Below, one piece after another: positions 14,746-26,178 of a stretch of DNA of 27,437 nt. Location: IMG/VR virus record IMGVR_UViG_3300020388_000056, positions 1 through 27,437 of that record. One strand, 5' to 3'. Made by a program: the position numbers and the translations under genes. The notes under the pieces are model-generated. The model saw only the letters and a list, made by a program, of their open reading frames with translations. It did not search any database and was not told where the DNA came from. The number at the start of each line of letters is the position of its first letter. Within the stretch, counting starts at the first letter, position 1. This stretch comes from a virus. Its lineage: Duplodnaviria > Caudoviricetes.

Positions 14746-15195
14746 ATGGCAGTTTTAATAGCAAACGATAGAAGCGTAGGAGATGACTTTAAAAAGGCTA
14801 AAGTTGTTGGTCGTAAAAAACAACATAGTGATTTAGATTTAACTCTTACTCCACATCCTATAAGAAAAGATATTGTATCTTTGAAAGATGATGTTGCAAT
14901 TAGAAATGCAGTAAAAAATTTAATACAAACAAACACTTTTGAAAGACCATTCCAACCAGGATTAGGAGCAAATCTAAAAGGTTTACTCTTTGAGCCTATG
15001 GATGCAATTACAACTATCGATTTAAGAGAACAAATTACAAGTGTATTGGTAGGTCACGAACCAAGAATAAAACTCTTAAACGTAGATGTTAAACCACAAT
15101 TTGAAGATAATGCATATCTTATTGTGATAAATTATTTAATAAAAGAGTTTGATAGACAACAACAGGTAGAAATAATACTTAGAAGGTTAAGATAA
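14746..15195 (+). CDS. 25: baseplate wedge subunit gp25
   Basis: SDLDL....HP...D, AI.NAVKNL..T...ERPF.P..G..L..LLFE and EPRI motifs. Confidence 0.95.
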   Translation: MAVLIANDRSVGDDFKKAKVVGRKKQHSDLDLTLTPHPIRKDIVSLKDDVAIRNAVKNLIQTNTFERPFQPGLGANLKGLLFEPMDAITTIDLREQITSVLVGHEPRIKLLNVDVKPQFEDNAYLIVINYLIKEFDRQQQVEIILRRLR

Positions 15196-17048
15196 TGGCA
15201 ACAAATTTAAACGTAACAGAACTTGATTTTGCACAGATCAAAGAAAATTTAAAAAGTTTTTTAAAGCAGCAATCACAATTTAACGATTATGATTTCGACG
15301 GTGCAGGTATGAATGTCTTATTAGACGTGCTCGCTTATAATACACACTATAATGCTATTAATGCTCATTACTCATTGAATGAAGCATTTTTAGATTCAGC
15401 TCAGATTCGTGGTAACGTAGTTACTCGTGCTAAACTCCTTGGATATATACCAAGATCAACTCTTGCAGCAAGAGCTACTGTGACTGTTACACTTACACCT
15501 CCTACTGGAACTCTACCTGAAAGCGTTACCTTGCCACGTGGCGCAAAATTAACTACAACAGTTGGTGGTATATCATTTACTTATGTTGTATTAAATAATC
15601 TATCAGCAAAAGAAGTTGACGGAGTATATACATTCTCTAATGTTGAAATTGCAGAAGGAGAATTAAGAACATTAAGATATCGAGTAGACAATGATGTCAT
15701 AGCTCAAAAATTTCAGCTCTCTCATAGAGATGTTGATACATCTACACTAAGAGTAAGAGTACAAGAAAACGAATTATCAACATCATTCGACATTTACTCA
15801 AAATTTGAATCATTAAAAAATGTCAATTCAAGTACAAAAACTTATTATTTACAAGAAAATAGTTCAGGATTCTATGAAGTATATTTCGGCGATGGAGTGA
15901 CAGGTTTTAAACCAATCAATAATAATATTGTTACTTTAGATTATTTAGCAACAAAGGGTGATGAATCAAACGGAGCAAGTACATTTGAATTTAGTGGAAC
16001 GCTTGGCGGTTTTTCATCAGTAATTAATACAACAACTGTAAATAATTCAGCTGGTGGAGCGGAACAAGAAACAATAGAATCAGTAAGATTCAATGCACCT
16101 CTGACATTTGCAACTCAAAATAGAGCTGTAACATCAGATGACTATGCAGCAATTATTAAACAAAACTTTACTAACATAAGTTCAATATCAACTTGGGGTG
16201 GTGAAGATAACGATCCACCTGATTTTGGTAAAGCATACATTGCAGTAAAACCAATAAGTGCAGACAAATTAACAGCCTCAGAAAAAACAACAATTACTGA
16301 TACAATATTAAAAGGAAAGAATGTAGTATCAATTACACCAGAGATTGTAGATGCAGAATTTACTAATTTAGAATTAGATGTATTCGTAAAATTTAATCCA
16401 AGTCTTACAGATAGAACAGAAGCTGATTTAAGTTCAGTTGTAAGAGATACAATTGCAGATTATAGTTTTAATAACTTAAATAGATTTGATGGTGTATTTA
16501 GACACTCAGAATTACTAGCATTTATCGATAACTCTGATCCATCAGTTACAAGTTCAAATGTAAGACCAAGAATGTTTCAAAATATTACAACCCTTGCAGG
16601 CGGAGTAAATAATGATTTTGAATTAACTTTTGCAGAACCATTCTTTCAATCAGGAGATTCTACTAAATTTATTTTAAGCAGTACAGCTTTTAAATTAAAT
16701 ATTGATCCGACACAGGATCATTTCTTAGGAGATATACCAATCACTGGTACAAATCAAAGACAAATAATAGTATATAAAATAATTGAAGGTCAAAACATAA
16801 CAGTAATTAATAATGCTGGTATTTTAGATGTAGATAACGGAAAGATTACATTAAATAATTTTGCAACACCTGCAGCAGCAGCAATTAAAATTACAGTAGT
16901 TCCAGATAGTCTAGATATCGCTCCAGTAAGAAATCAATTAATACAAATAGATAATACCTTTGTTGATATTACAGTTGCAGTAGATACAATTGCAACATCA
17001 GGAGTATCAGGCGGAATAAAATATAGTACAAATTCAAGGATAAAGTAA
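15195..17048 (+). CDS. 6: baseplate wedge subunit gp6
   Basis: LDF..IK..LK.FL..Q..F.DYDF.G....LLD.LAYNTHY, FLDSA..R..V, Y.V.FGDG and QNRAVT..DY motifs. Confidence 0.97.
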   Translation: MATNLNVTELDFAQIKENLKSFLKQQSQFNDYDFDGAGMNVLLDVLAYNTHYNAINAHYSLNEAFLDSAQIRGNVVTRAKLLGYIPRSTLAARATVTVTLTPPTGTLPESVTLPRGAKLTTTVGGISFTYVVLNNLSAKEVDGVYTFSNVEIAEGELRTLRYRVDNDVIAQKFQLSHRDVDTSTLRVRVQENELSTSFDIYSKFESLKNVNSSTKTYYLQENSSGFYEVYFGDGVTGFKPINNNIVTLDYLATKGDESNGASTFEFSGTLGGFSSVINTTTVNNSAGGAEQETIESVRFNAPLTFATQNRAVTSDDYAAIIKQNFTNISSISTWGGEDNDPPDFGKAYIAVKPISADKLTASEKTTITDTILKGKNVVSITPEIVDAEFTNLELDVFVKFNPSLTDRTEADLSSVVRDTIADYSFNNLNRFDGVFRHSELLAFIDNSDPSVTSSNVRPRMFQNITTLAGGVNNDFELTFAEPFFQSGDSTKFILSSTAFKLNIDPTQDHFLGDIPITGTNQRQIIVYKIIEGQNITVINNAGILDVDNGKITLNNFATPAAAAIKITVVPDSLDIAPVRNQLIQIDNTFVDITVAVDTIATSGVSGGIKYSTNSRIK

Positions 17049-17049
17049 T

Positions 17050-19233
17050 ATGTCAGATAATAATAAGCCATTTAGTTCTGGGTTTATAGCTGAGACTAAA
17101 AACACGCTTCCCTTAACAAAGGAAGATATACGGCTTGATCAAATTATTCCACCAGATATATTTAAAGATAAAACACGTCTTAAAAATTTTTTAGAATCAT
17201 ATTATGAATTTAATAATATTGATGAATTTTTATTTACAGAAAATGATACGTTTCAAGACATTGTATTAAATAATGTTGCAAGGTTTAGAATACCAGATCC
17301 AAACAATGACGTAACAAGATTTTTTACTGATGAAACAGGTGCGTCATCTACACTTACATTTACTGATGCAACTGGTAAAACAAGAAAAGTTATTATAGAT
17401 GACGACGATATAAAAATATCAAATGGTAATGATTTACCTGGGTCACTTGCAAATAGTACATCTGAATTAGGTAAAACATTTACTCTTACTAATTTAAATG
17501 CTGCAACTACTCAGTTATTAGATGGAACTTTAGAACAAACAAATGTAGATTTAAATACAGTTAACCTAACACTTACAACTCCAATTACAAACTTTGTAAA
17601 TTCTGGACCATCATACGTATTAAATGAAATCGAAAGAAATTTAGATATTGATTCAAACGATAGCGAATACTTAGATATGATGCAAAAAGAAATTGCACCT
17701 ATCGTACCAAGAAACGTTTTAGTAGAAAAGAGAGGTTTATATAAACAAATAATAGACTTCTATAAGCTCAGAGGCTCTGATGATTCTATTGATGTATTCT
17801 TTAGATTATTATTTAATGATGAAGCTCAAATCGAATTTCCAATTAATAAAACACTTATACCTTCATCAGGTAACTTTGATGCAGGCCTGGGAAGGTACTT
17901 AGACAATAAAGGTTTCTTATCTGATAATATTAAAATACATGATAGTGATAGATTTCAAAAGTTTTCTTATGTAGTAAAATCAGGTGTAAATATAAATGAT
18001 TATGAATTAGTATATAAAAGATTAATTCATCCAGCTGGTTTTAAATTTTTTGGAGAAATTTTATTATTATTAAATGGTATTGATATTACTCAGTTTAATA
18101 CATCACTCATTGAACCAGCAAGTTTAGCAACACCATTACATCGTAAAACATTAGGTGTGGATGATCTTGGTTTTGCAAGATTAGTTAAATCAGCAATGCC
18201 ACCAAGTCAAGAAGGCGTTGTTGGTGTTGAAGATGTGCCAGTACCAGTACATGCATTTGCATCTTCCTTTACACCGAACATCGTAGCAAGAGTAGGTAAG
18301 GCAGCCAGATTCTCTCCAGTATTAAATGCTTCAGGAGCAATTACAGGTGTAGAAATAATTGATGCGGGCTTTGGATATATTTCAGCTCCTACAATTACAG
18401 TAGCAGGAGAACATTCAAGTGGTACAAATCATCCTACTATAACATGTTCACTCGAGGCAGGATCTGGGCCTAGAAGCATAGATTTAGACTCAATTGTTAT
18501 AAACAATGGTGCTGGTTCAATAAAAAATTATAATAATGTTGCATTATCAGCATCTAATCCAGTTGATGGTAGTAGTAATTCAGTTGTAAGTAAAGTTATG
18601 GCTCTTGAATTATCTGGACTTTATGCAAAAGAATTTGTATCAGCTCCAACATTTACAATTGATGCACCTACTAGAAAGAATGCATCGGGAGTTTTAGATG
18701 GAACAACTGCAGCAGGTACAATATCACTTAATGCAAGTAATAAAATTGCTTCTGTTGCAATAAGTAATAATGGCGATGGATATCTATCTGATAGTCCAAC
18801 AATTAGATTTACAACAGGTGCACAAAACGAACTCAGAACAGAACAAAATAGAAAACACATTAAACATATAGAATTAAATCATGTTGAAGTAGATCAAATT
18901 GTTACAGCAGTTACTACACAAACAAGTAATGCCGCAGTAAATAATATACTTACAAAAGATGAAACCTCAGGAGAGCTTATACAATTATTAAGTTCAGGCA
19001 ATCCAGTAACATCAACAAAAGTGCCTGCACCACATGATATTAAAACAATAAATAACAGTTATGGTATTAATGCCGAAAATGGATATCAAGAGAGAAAAGG
19101 TTCTTTCTTTGATACACAAAGGTTATATAACTCAGGTCAAACAATTGAGTTTTTAGGCACAAATACTATTGAAAGCATTGATACAACTGTTATAAATAAA
19201 TATAACACACGTACAAACGTGAATATAGCTTAA
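17050..19233 (+). CDS. baseplate wedge initiator (gp7-like)
   Basis: F...FL..YY.F, I.DFY..RGS..S...FFR.LF and QKFSYV.KS......Y......HPAGF..FG motifs; lies between gp6 and gp8. Confidence 0.75.
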   Translation: MSDNNKPFSSGFIAETKNTLPLTKEDIRLDQIIPPDIFKDKTRLKNFLESYYEFNNIDEFLFTENDTFQDIVLNNVARFRIPDPNNDVTRFFTDETGASSTLTFTDATGKTRKVIIDDDDIKISNGNDLPGSLANSTSELGKTFTLTNLNAATTQLLDGTLEQTNVDLNTVNLTLTTPITNFVNSGPSYVLNEIERNLDIDSNDSEYLDMMQKEIAPIVPRNVLVEKRGLYKQIIDFYKLRGSDDSIDVFFRLLFNDEAQIEFPINKTLIPSSGNFDAGLGRYLDNKGFLSDNIKIHDSDRFQKFSYVVKSGVNINDYELVYKRLIHPAGFKFFGEILLLLNGIDITQFNTSLIEPASLATPLHRKTLGVDDLGFARLVKSAMPPSQEGVVGVEDVPVPVHAFASSFTPNIVARVGKAARFSPVLNASGAITGVEIIDAGFGYISAPTITVAGEHSSGTNHPTITCSLEAGSGPRSIDLDSIVINNGAGSIKNYNNVALSASNPVDGSSNSVVSKVMALELSGLYAKEFVSAPTFTIDAPTRKNASGVLDGTTAAGTISLNASNKIASVAISNNGDGYLSDSPTIRFTTGAQNELRTEQNRKHIKHIELNHVEVDQIVTAVTTQTSNAAVNNILTKDETSGELIQLLSSGNPVTSTKVPAPHDIKTINNSYGINAENGYQERKGSFFDTQRLYNSGQTIEFLGTNTIESIDTTVINKYNTRTNVNIA
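19191..19198 (+). promoter_or_regulatory. T4-type late promoter for gp8
   Basis: TATAAATA in the 3' end of the gp7-like gene, 46 nt before ATG 19245. Confidence 0.6.
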
Positions 19234-19244
19234 AGGGAAAGATT

Positions 19245-20831
19245 ATGACAGCAATAGTAAGTTCAAATTTTAGAGTTGTAAACGCCGCTAATTTCGAAAA
19301 CGACGTTAAGAGCTCAAATGTGTATGTGGCTATTGGTAAATCAGATGCTTGGTCTAATTCAACATCCGATATAACTGATACGACGCCATTTACGCCAAAC
19401 GATCACATCGATGATTTAGCTGAAGCACGAAGAAATATACTCGGGTATAAAAAAATTACTTCAGCAAATGTATCGCATGTTATACCAAGACACAATTGGG
19501 AGAATGGTTCAGTATATGAGGCATGGGACTCCAATGATGGCGCAATATTCGATAAGAAGTTTTATATTGTAACATCAGAATTTAAAGTGTACAAATGTAT
19601 TATATCACCGGGTACAGCATCAAATGTAATGCCGGTTCAAACACTCACACAACCTCAATCAGAGGGTGATGGTTATACATGGAAATACATGTACACAATT
19701 ACAACAGCACAATCAGAAGCTTTCCTTACAAATGCATTTATGCCAGTTAAAACAATTCCTTTAAGCGTAACTGGTAAAGTAGCAAATAGTGGAGGAGCTG
19801 GTACTTCATTTATATTATCAGAATCAAATCCTGATATTTCAGTAGGACATACAGTTTCAGGTACTGGTATTTCAGGTACACCAAAGGTTACAGCAATTCT
19901 TGGTTCTAAAATTACAGTTAGTACATCACAAACAGTAACAGCTGGTACAGTATTAACATTTAAATTTGCAGATGGTTCTTCTGGTAATACAGATGCTTCA
20001 AATAATTTAAGTGAAGGAGATTACGCTCAATATTTAAATCAAAAAGCTTCTTTTGATGATACAAAAGCGGCTGGTATCGAAAGATTTGAAGTAACAAATG
20101 CAGGATCAGGCTATACAGGTACTCCAATAGCAGCAATTACAGGTGATGGAACAGGTATTACATCAGCTACAATTGTAAAGAGTGGAAATACAATAAGTGC
20201 TGTGAATGTAACAGGAACAACAAAAGGAACAAATTATACAATCGCAGATGTAGTAATATCTGGCGGTAGTGGTTCAAATGCAACAGCAAGAGCAGTAATC
20301 GCTCCAAAAAATGGACATGGAACAGATCCAGTTTCAGAACTTGGTGGATTCTTTATGGCATTGGCTGTATCTCTTGATGGTGTTGCTAATAGTGACCTTA
20401 CAGTAGGTAATGATTTCAGACAAGTATTACTTGTAAAAGATCCATTGCTTGCAGCAGGTGCAGTAGCTACAGCAGATTCACTTAAAGGATTAGAATCTCT
20501 CACAGTTTCAAGTACAACTGGATTTCAAGTTGATGAAGTTATCACAGGTGGAACATCAAGTGCTAAAGCATTTATTGCAGAGATAGGATCAGGTGCTAGT
20601 GCTGGTAAGATTTTCTATTATCAAAATAGAAAAACTGGATTTGGAATATTCCAAGCAAGTGAAAATATTACTGGTGGAACATCAAGTACTACAACTGCAA
20701 TAAGCAGTGGCGGTGTAAATGCTGCTGAAGCTGATGTATCAAGTGGTGAAGCTTTATTCTTAGAGAATAGAACACCAATTAGTAGATCAGCAACACAGAT
20801 AGAAGACGTTAAATTAATATTAGAATTCTAA
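19245..20831 (+). CDS. 8: baseplate wedge subunit gp8 (extended)
   Basis: YV.IG...W, VIPR.NW..G..Y, VYKCI, DGY.WKYMY, NDFRQV....DP and ENR.PI.R...Q.E..K.ILEF motifs. Confidence 0.9.
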   Translation: MTAIVSSNFRVVNAANFENDVKSSNVYVAIGKSDAWSNSTSDITDTTPFTPNDHIDDLAEARRNILGYKKITSANVSHVIPRHNWENGSVYEAWDSNDGAIFDKKFYIVTSEFKVYKCIISPGTASNVMPVQTLTQPQSEGDGYTWKYMYTITTAQSEAFLTNAFMPVKTIPLSVTGKVANSGGAGTSFILSESNPDISVGHTVSGTGISGTPKVTAILGSKITVSTSQTVTAGTVLTFKFADGSSGNTDASNNLSEGDYAQYLNQKASFDDTKAAGIERFEVTNAGSGYTGTPIAAITGDGTGITSATIVKSGNTISAVNVTGTTKGTNYTIADVVISGGSGSNATARAVIAPKNGHGTDPVSELGGFFMALAVSLDGVANSDLTVGNDFRQVLLVKDPLLAAGAVATADSLKGLESLTVSSTTGFQVDEVITGGTSSAKAFIAEIGSGASAGKIFYYQNRKTGFGIFQASENITGGTSSTTTAISSGGVNAAEADVSSGEALFLENRTPISRSATQIEDVKLILEF

Positions 20832-20839
20832 TATAAATA
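20832..20839 (+). promoter_or_regulatory. T4-type late promoter for the VrlC-like gene
   Basis: TATAAATA directly after the gp8 stop, followed by an AGGA SD and ATG 20856. Confidence 0.85.
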
Positions 20840-20855
20840 ATATTAGGAAAAATTT

Positions 20856-23800
20856 ATGGCAACAACGAATATACAAAATTTCAATGTAAAACCTTATCAT
20901 GATGATTTTGACGAAACTAAAAATTATCATCGAATCTTATTTAGACCAGGCTTTTCAGTACAAGCAAGAGAACTTACTCAGTTACAAACTGCTTTACAAG
21001 CGCAAATAGATAGACATGGACAATACTTTTTCAAAGATGGTTCAAGAGTTATCGGTGGTAAAGTAACATTAGATGTTAATAGAGATTTTGTAAAGGTAGA
21101 AACTAATTTCACACACAGTGGTACAGCATATGATACAAGTACATATCACGCAACACTTATAGGTACAACCTTTACTGGTTTAACAAGTGGAAATAAAGCT
21201 ACAGTTGTTGGCACAAGACAAGCAGAAACAGTTGGCGCTATCGATGGCGGAACCAACGATCCAATTACTTTATTCTTAAAATATACAAAGGGTAATGCAT
21301 TTACTGGTGGAGAAGTACTACAAAATAATGCTGGTACAGCACAATTTGCTAAGGTTAAACCAAACTCTGATACTCCTACAGGTGTAGGTTCAGCACTTAA
21401 TATTGAAGAAGGTGCATACTTTATTAGAGGTACTTATGTATATGTTCCAAGTGAAACATTAATATTAAGTAAATATGACAATACACCGAACTTTGTTGTT
21501 GGTTTAAAAGTTACTGAATCAAGCTTAGTAGATTCATCAACGGATTCTACTTTATTAGATAATGCTGATGGTACACCTAACTTATCAGCACCAGGTGCAA
21601 GAAGATATCAAATCAAAGCAGAACTTGCAAAACAATTATCAACTATTCATGAAACACCTTCAGGGAGAACTGAAGATAACTTTATTGTATTAATGAATAT
21701 TACAGATGGTATTATACAAAGAGATAAAACAGACAAAACAGAAGATACTCAATTAACAAAGAGATTAGAAAGAAGAACATTTGAAGAGAGTGGTGATTAT
21801 ACTGTAAACACATTCCAGGTAAATATTAGACAGCATTTAGATGATACAGCTGGTAACAATGGTGTATTTACTTCAGGCAATGGTGGTGATGCAACTAAAT
21901 TAGTTGCTGCAGTAGAACCAGGCGTTGCTTATGTAAAAGGTACAAGAATACAAAAGAATGTTACTGAATTTGTACCATTTGATAAGCCAAGAGATTTAAA
22001 ATTAGTAGAGAATGATGTTACAACATTAAAGGTTGGTAACTATTTAAAGCTTACAGAAAACACCGTCAAAGGTATTCCTGATGTTAATACATTTATTAGT
22101 GTAGATTTACATAGTGTAAATATTGCCGGTACTCAATCTGGCAGTAATAAAATAGGTACTGCAAGAGTTCGTGGTCTTGGTGCTCATTCATCTGGTGTTA
22201 AAAGATTATATGTCTTTGACATTAAAATGACTGGTAGTAATACTATATCTCAAGTATTAAGTGTACGTCAAACTGATGCAATAGGTTCTCAAACCAGATT
22301 TATTGGTGATATAAACGGAACAGCTCAGTTATTTGATGTAGGTAACAAAGGACTTATATTTGAATTACCTTACAATGCAGTTAAATCAATTAGATCAATC
22401 AATTCTGCTAACAATACACCTTTAACAAAATCAGATACTACATATACAGTATATGAAAAGCTTGTTGGTACAACTGGTGGAAGTGATAGTGTAGTAACAT
22501 TTGCTGCACCTGCAAACGGAGCGTTTACAAATATTGCAAATGCTTATATCTATGCAAGTGGCGGATCAAGAGTAATTAAATTACTTGGTACAACAACTGG
22601 TGCTATAAGTGGCGGTGGTAAATGGGAACTTGATGGAACAAGTCTTAAAGTAAATTTAGCTCATTCAGGTTTATACAATACTGCACTTACAAGTAACAGT
22701 GATGTACAAATTATAGTAGAAATTGCTAAGAGTTATGCAGCAATAAGTGGTGAACTTACAAAAGCAACTACAACCAATCAAACTAAAACAGGAACATTAA
22801 CAAACGGTAGATTAGTATTAGATAAATGTGATATTAAGAGATTAGTATCTGTAACTGATGCTTCAAGTAATGTTATTACAAATCGATTCACATTAGATAA
22901 TGGACAAAGAGTCGATTTATATGACTATGGTGCAGTAGTTCTAAAACCAGGACAAGCTGACCCAGGGACAATTACCGTAACATTCGATCATTATACTACA
23001 TCAGGTAGTGGAGATTATTTCTCAGCAGATTCATATCCTGACTATGATGTCGTACCAAAAGGACCAACATCAAAAGGTTTAGTCGATCTGAGAAATTGTA
23101 TAGACTTTAGACCAAGAAGAGGTGATGGCGATTCAAATGCAGTAACAGCTGCCGACTTTGATGGAACAGGCGCAATACATTTTCAACCTCCAGTAAACTT
23201 CTCAAATGTAAGTACAGATATATTATATCACTTACCAAGAGTCGATATACTTTGTTTAACAAAGGCCGGTAAATTTGAAATAATCAAAGGTGTATCAGAT
23301 GAAAAACCAAGATCACCAATCGTTCCAGATAGAATGATGGCTCTATATAAATTTAAAATGAAGCCATATATCTTTGAACTCAATGACGTTCAAACTGAGT
23401 ATATCAATAATAAGAGATATACAATGAAAGATATTGGTAAGATCGAAAATAGAGTCAAGAACTTAGAATATTATACATCACTTTCATTACTAGAACAAAG
23501 TGCGGCCGATGTACAAATCAGAGATGGCAGCAGTAACGAAAGATTAAAGAATGGATTTGTTGTAGACAATTTTGTAAACCATTCCGTAGCTGATGTATCT
23601 AATATCGATCATCAATGTTCAGTTGATAAAAAACACGGTCATCTCAGACCAAGGTTTGACGAAAGAAACGTTAACCTAATTAGAAAAGCAGGTGAGGCAA
23701 ATGGTAATGGTTCTAATGCATTAGGATTTAAAAACAAATCACTTATTACATTACACCATACAGGAGAAACATTTGTAAATCAACCTTATTCATCATTTGC

Positions 23801-26177
23801 TTCAAACGTCAACCCTTACAGTGTCTTCTCATGGGGAGGAATGGTTGATTTATCTCCTGAGTCTGATGAATGGAAAGAGGTAGATGTATTACCACAAATT
23901 ATAATAGATGATTCAAATGCATATAATCAATTCCTAGAATCGGCTGAGGCTGAAGGAATACTCGGTACTGTATGGAATGAGTGGGAAACAAACTGGGCAG
24001 GTACTCCATTCTTTGACGAAGATGATAATTGGCAAAGAGGTAATCCTGATCTTGGATTTGTAGGAACAACAATCACAAGTCAAAACAGAACAGGTATAAG
24101 TACAGAAGTTGCATTTGATACAATCGAAAGAAGCGATGGTGGTAAAGTTGTTGAAGTTAACTTTATACCATTTATTAGATCAAGAGAAATAAACTTTAGA
24201 GCTCAGTTAATGAAGCCTGAAACTACGGTATTTGCATTCTTTGATGGAGTGCCAGTAGCAAGCTTTGTAAGACCCGAGACATTTAGCAATTCAAATCCAT
24301 TTGAATTCTCTGATAGAGGTAGCATAGTTACTCATGAAGGTGCAACAGCTCACCCAGAATCAGCGGCAGCTCTAACGACTGATGCTTCAGGTAGAGTATT
24401 TGGTTCATTTGTAATACCAAGAAACGATGTATTAAAGTTTGCTTGTGGTATTAAAGAATTCAGACTTTCAGATAGTAGTACAAATAATAAAACAGCAGAA
24501 ACAACATTTGCTGAAGTACAATATCACGCTCAAGGTTTATTAGAAACAATACAAGAAACAGTTGTATCAACAAAGGTACCAAGACTTGTAACAACAGAAT
24601 TACGAGCAGATAGAACTCAGGTTGATGGCGATCTTGAAGACTTTACTGATTGGGTCGATCCATTAGCAGAAACTATATTAATAGACAAAGAAGGTGGAAT
24701 ATTTGCAAGATCAATCGATGTATTCTTTAAAAAGAAAGATGCAAATATCCCAGTAAGACTTACAATAAGAACAACAGAAAATGGTGTACCAACTCAAAGA
24801 ATAGTACCTGGTGCAGATAAGATATTATATCCAGCCGATGTAAATCTACCATCAAGTTCTACAGCAAATAACGGATTAGGTAATGCAGATAATGCTACAA
24901 CATTTACCTTTGATGATCCAGTTTATTTAGCTCAAGATACAGAGTATGCCATAGTATTAACATCACAATGTGATAACTATGAAGTATATGTTGCAGAAAT
25001 GGGTGGCACTGATTTAACAAATGCTAACCATAAGATATTAAAGAATCCATACGGTGGAGTATTCTTTACATCTCAAAATGCTTCAACATGGACTCCAGAA
25101 CAAACAAAAGATCTTAAGTTTAAACTTACAAGATGTAAATTTGGAGAAACATCAGCAGTTACAACATTTACAAACGATGTATTACCACCAAAATTACTTG
25201 GACAAAATCCACTCATTACAACAAGTGGTAGTGGAACAGTTAAGGTATTACATGCAAATCATGGTATGCATGGTACAGGTAAAGTAACAATTACTGGAGC
25301 GACAGCAGGTAATGGTATTACAGCTGCAAATCTTAATGTTACAAATGCAACCATAGGTAATATTACACATGATAGTTATACATACACAGCTGGTGGTAGT
25401 GATACTGCAAGTGCAACTGGTTCAATTGGCGGAGCTGCTGTAAAAGCTACAGAAAATAGACAAATGGATGCGATGTTCCCAGTAGTATCTGAGTTACAAT
25501 TACCAGGTACAGGAATATCATATCAAGTTACTACAAAAACTGGCGCATCAATTGATGGTGGACAAACTCCATACGCAGCTGGTGTAACATTAGCAAGTAT
25601 ACTACCAAATAGAAATGCTTCATTCACAGTTCCTATGTCAATCATGTCACAGGTAAATGAAACTGCATCTATATCTGCAGCAAAATCATTTGAACTTAAA
25701 TGTACACTTACAAGAGAGTCTGGTGCGGCAAACGATCATCTCTCTCCAGTAATTGATATGAATAGATTATCAGTACATACAATACAAAATAGATTATCTT
25801 CAAGTACTAGTGTAGTAGAAACAACTGCAACTGGTGGAACAGAACTTGCAAGATACTTAACAGTACCAGTTGAATTAGCAGAAGAAGCAGATATGTTTAG
25901 AGTTATAGTTTCAGTACTAAGACCTAAAGATTCTAATGTACAACTATTCTATAGAACATTACCTGCAGGAGCTTCACAAGATATCAGAGAGATTGCTTTC
26001 ACAGAAGCTACTCCTGAAACTCCAATACCAATAAACGATACTCAGTTTAATGAAATAGAGTTTGAAGAAGATCCAGCTGGTTCATACGGTGTAATACAAT
26101 ATAAGTTGGTTTTAACTGGTAAGAACTCAGCTAAACCACCAAGAGTAAAAGATTTTAGAGCAATAAGCGCAACATAA
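20856..26177 (+). CDS. large virion structural protein, VrlC-like / DUF4815-type (1773 aa)
   Basis: N-terminal PYHDDFD..KNY.RILF.PG..VQARELTQLQ, RT.EESG.Y.V, RYTMKDIG..E.R..NLEYYTSLSLLE, KNGF.VDNF and DPLAET motifs. Confidence 0.85.
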   Translation: MATTNIQNFNVKPYHDDFDETKNYHRILFRPGFSVQARELTQLQTALQAQIDRHGQYFFKDGSRVIGGKVTLDVNRDFVKVETNFTHSGTAYDTSTYHATLIGTTFTGLTSGNKATVVGTRQAETVGAIDGGTNDPITLFLKYTKGNAFTGGEVLQNNAGTAQFAKVKPNSDTPTGVGSALNIEEGAYFIRGTYVYVPSETLILSKYDNTPNFVVGLKVTESSLVDSSTDSTLLDNADGTPNLSAPGARRYQIKAELAKQLSTIHETPSGRTEDNFIVLMNITDGIIQRDKTDKTEDTQLTKRLERRTFEESGDYTVNTFQVNIRQHLDDTAGNNGVFTSGNGGDATKLVAAVEPGVAYVKGTRIQKNVTEFVPFDKPRDLKLVENDVTTLKVGNYLKLTENTVKGIPDVNTFISVDLHSVNIAGTQSGSNKIGTARVRGLGAHSSGVKRLYVFDIKMTGSNTISQVLSVRQTDAIGSQTRFIGDINGTAQLFDVGNKGLIFELPYNAVKSIRSINSANNTPLTKSDTTYTVYEKLVGTTGGSDSVVTFAAPANGAFTNIANAYIYASGGSRVIKLLGTTTGAISGGGKWELDGTSLKVNLAHSGLYNTALTSNSDVQIIVEIAKSYAAISGELTKATTTNQTKTGTLTNGRLVLDKCDIKRLVSVTDASSNVITNRFTLDNGQRVDLYDYGAVVLKPGQADPGTITVTFDHYTTSGSGDYFSADSYPDYDVVPKGPTSKGLVDLRNCIDFRPRRGDGDSNAVTAADFDGTGAIHFQPPVNFSNVSTDILYHLPRVDILCLTKAGKFEIIKGVSDEKPRSPIVPDRMMALYKFKMKPYIFELNDVQTEYINNKRYTMKDIGKIENRVKNLEYYTSLSLLEQSAADVQIRDGSSNERLKNGFVVDNFVNHSVADVSNIDHQCSVDKKHGHLRPRFDERNVNLIRKAGEANGNGSNALGFKNKSLITLHHTGETFVNQPYSSFASNVNPYSVFSWGGMVDLSPESDEWKEVDVLPQIIIDDSNAYNQFLESAEAEGILGTVWNEWETNWAGTPFFDEDDNWQRGNPDLGFVGTTITSQNRTGISTEVAFDTIERSDGGKVVEVNFIPFIRSREINFRAQLMKPETTVFAFFDGVPVASFVRPETFSNSNPFEFSDRGSIVTHEGATAHPESAAALTTDASGRVFGSFVIPRNDVLKFACGIKEFRLSDSSTNNKTAETTFAEVQYHAQGLLETIQETVVSTKVPRLVTTELRADRTQVDGDLEDFTDWVDPLAETILIDKEGGIFARSIDVFFKKKDANIPVRLTIRTTENGVPTQRIVPGADKILYPADVNLPSSSTANNGLGNADNATTFTFDDPVYLAQDTEYAIVLTSQCDNYEVYVAEMGGTDLTNANHKILKNPYGGVFFTSQNASTWTPEQTKDLKFKLTRCKFGETSAVTTFTNDVLPPKLLGQNPLITTSGSGTVKVLHANHGMHGTGKVTITGATAGNGITAANLNVTNATIGNITHDSYTYTAGGSDTASATGSIGGAAVKATENRQMDAMFPVVSELQLPGTGISYQVTTKTGASIDGGQTPYAAGVTLASILPNRNASFTVPMSIMSQVNETASISAAKSFELKCTLTRESGAANDHLSPVIDMNRLSVHTIQNRLSSSTSVVETTATGGTELARYLTVPVELAEEADMFRVIVSVLRPKDSNVQLFYRTLPAGASQDIREIAFTEATPETPIPINDTQFNEIEFEEDPAGSYGVIQYKLVLTGKNSAKPPRVKDFRAISAT

Positions 26178-26178
26178 T

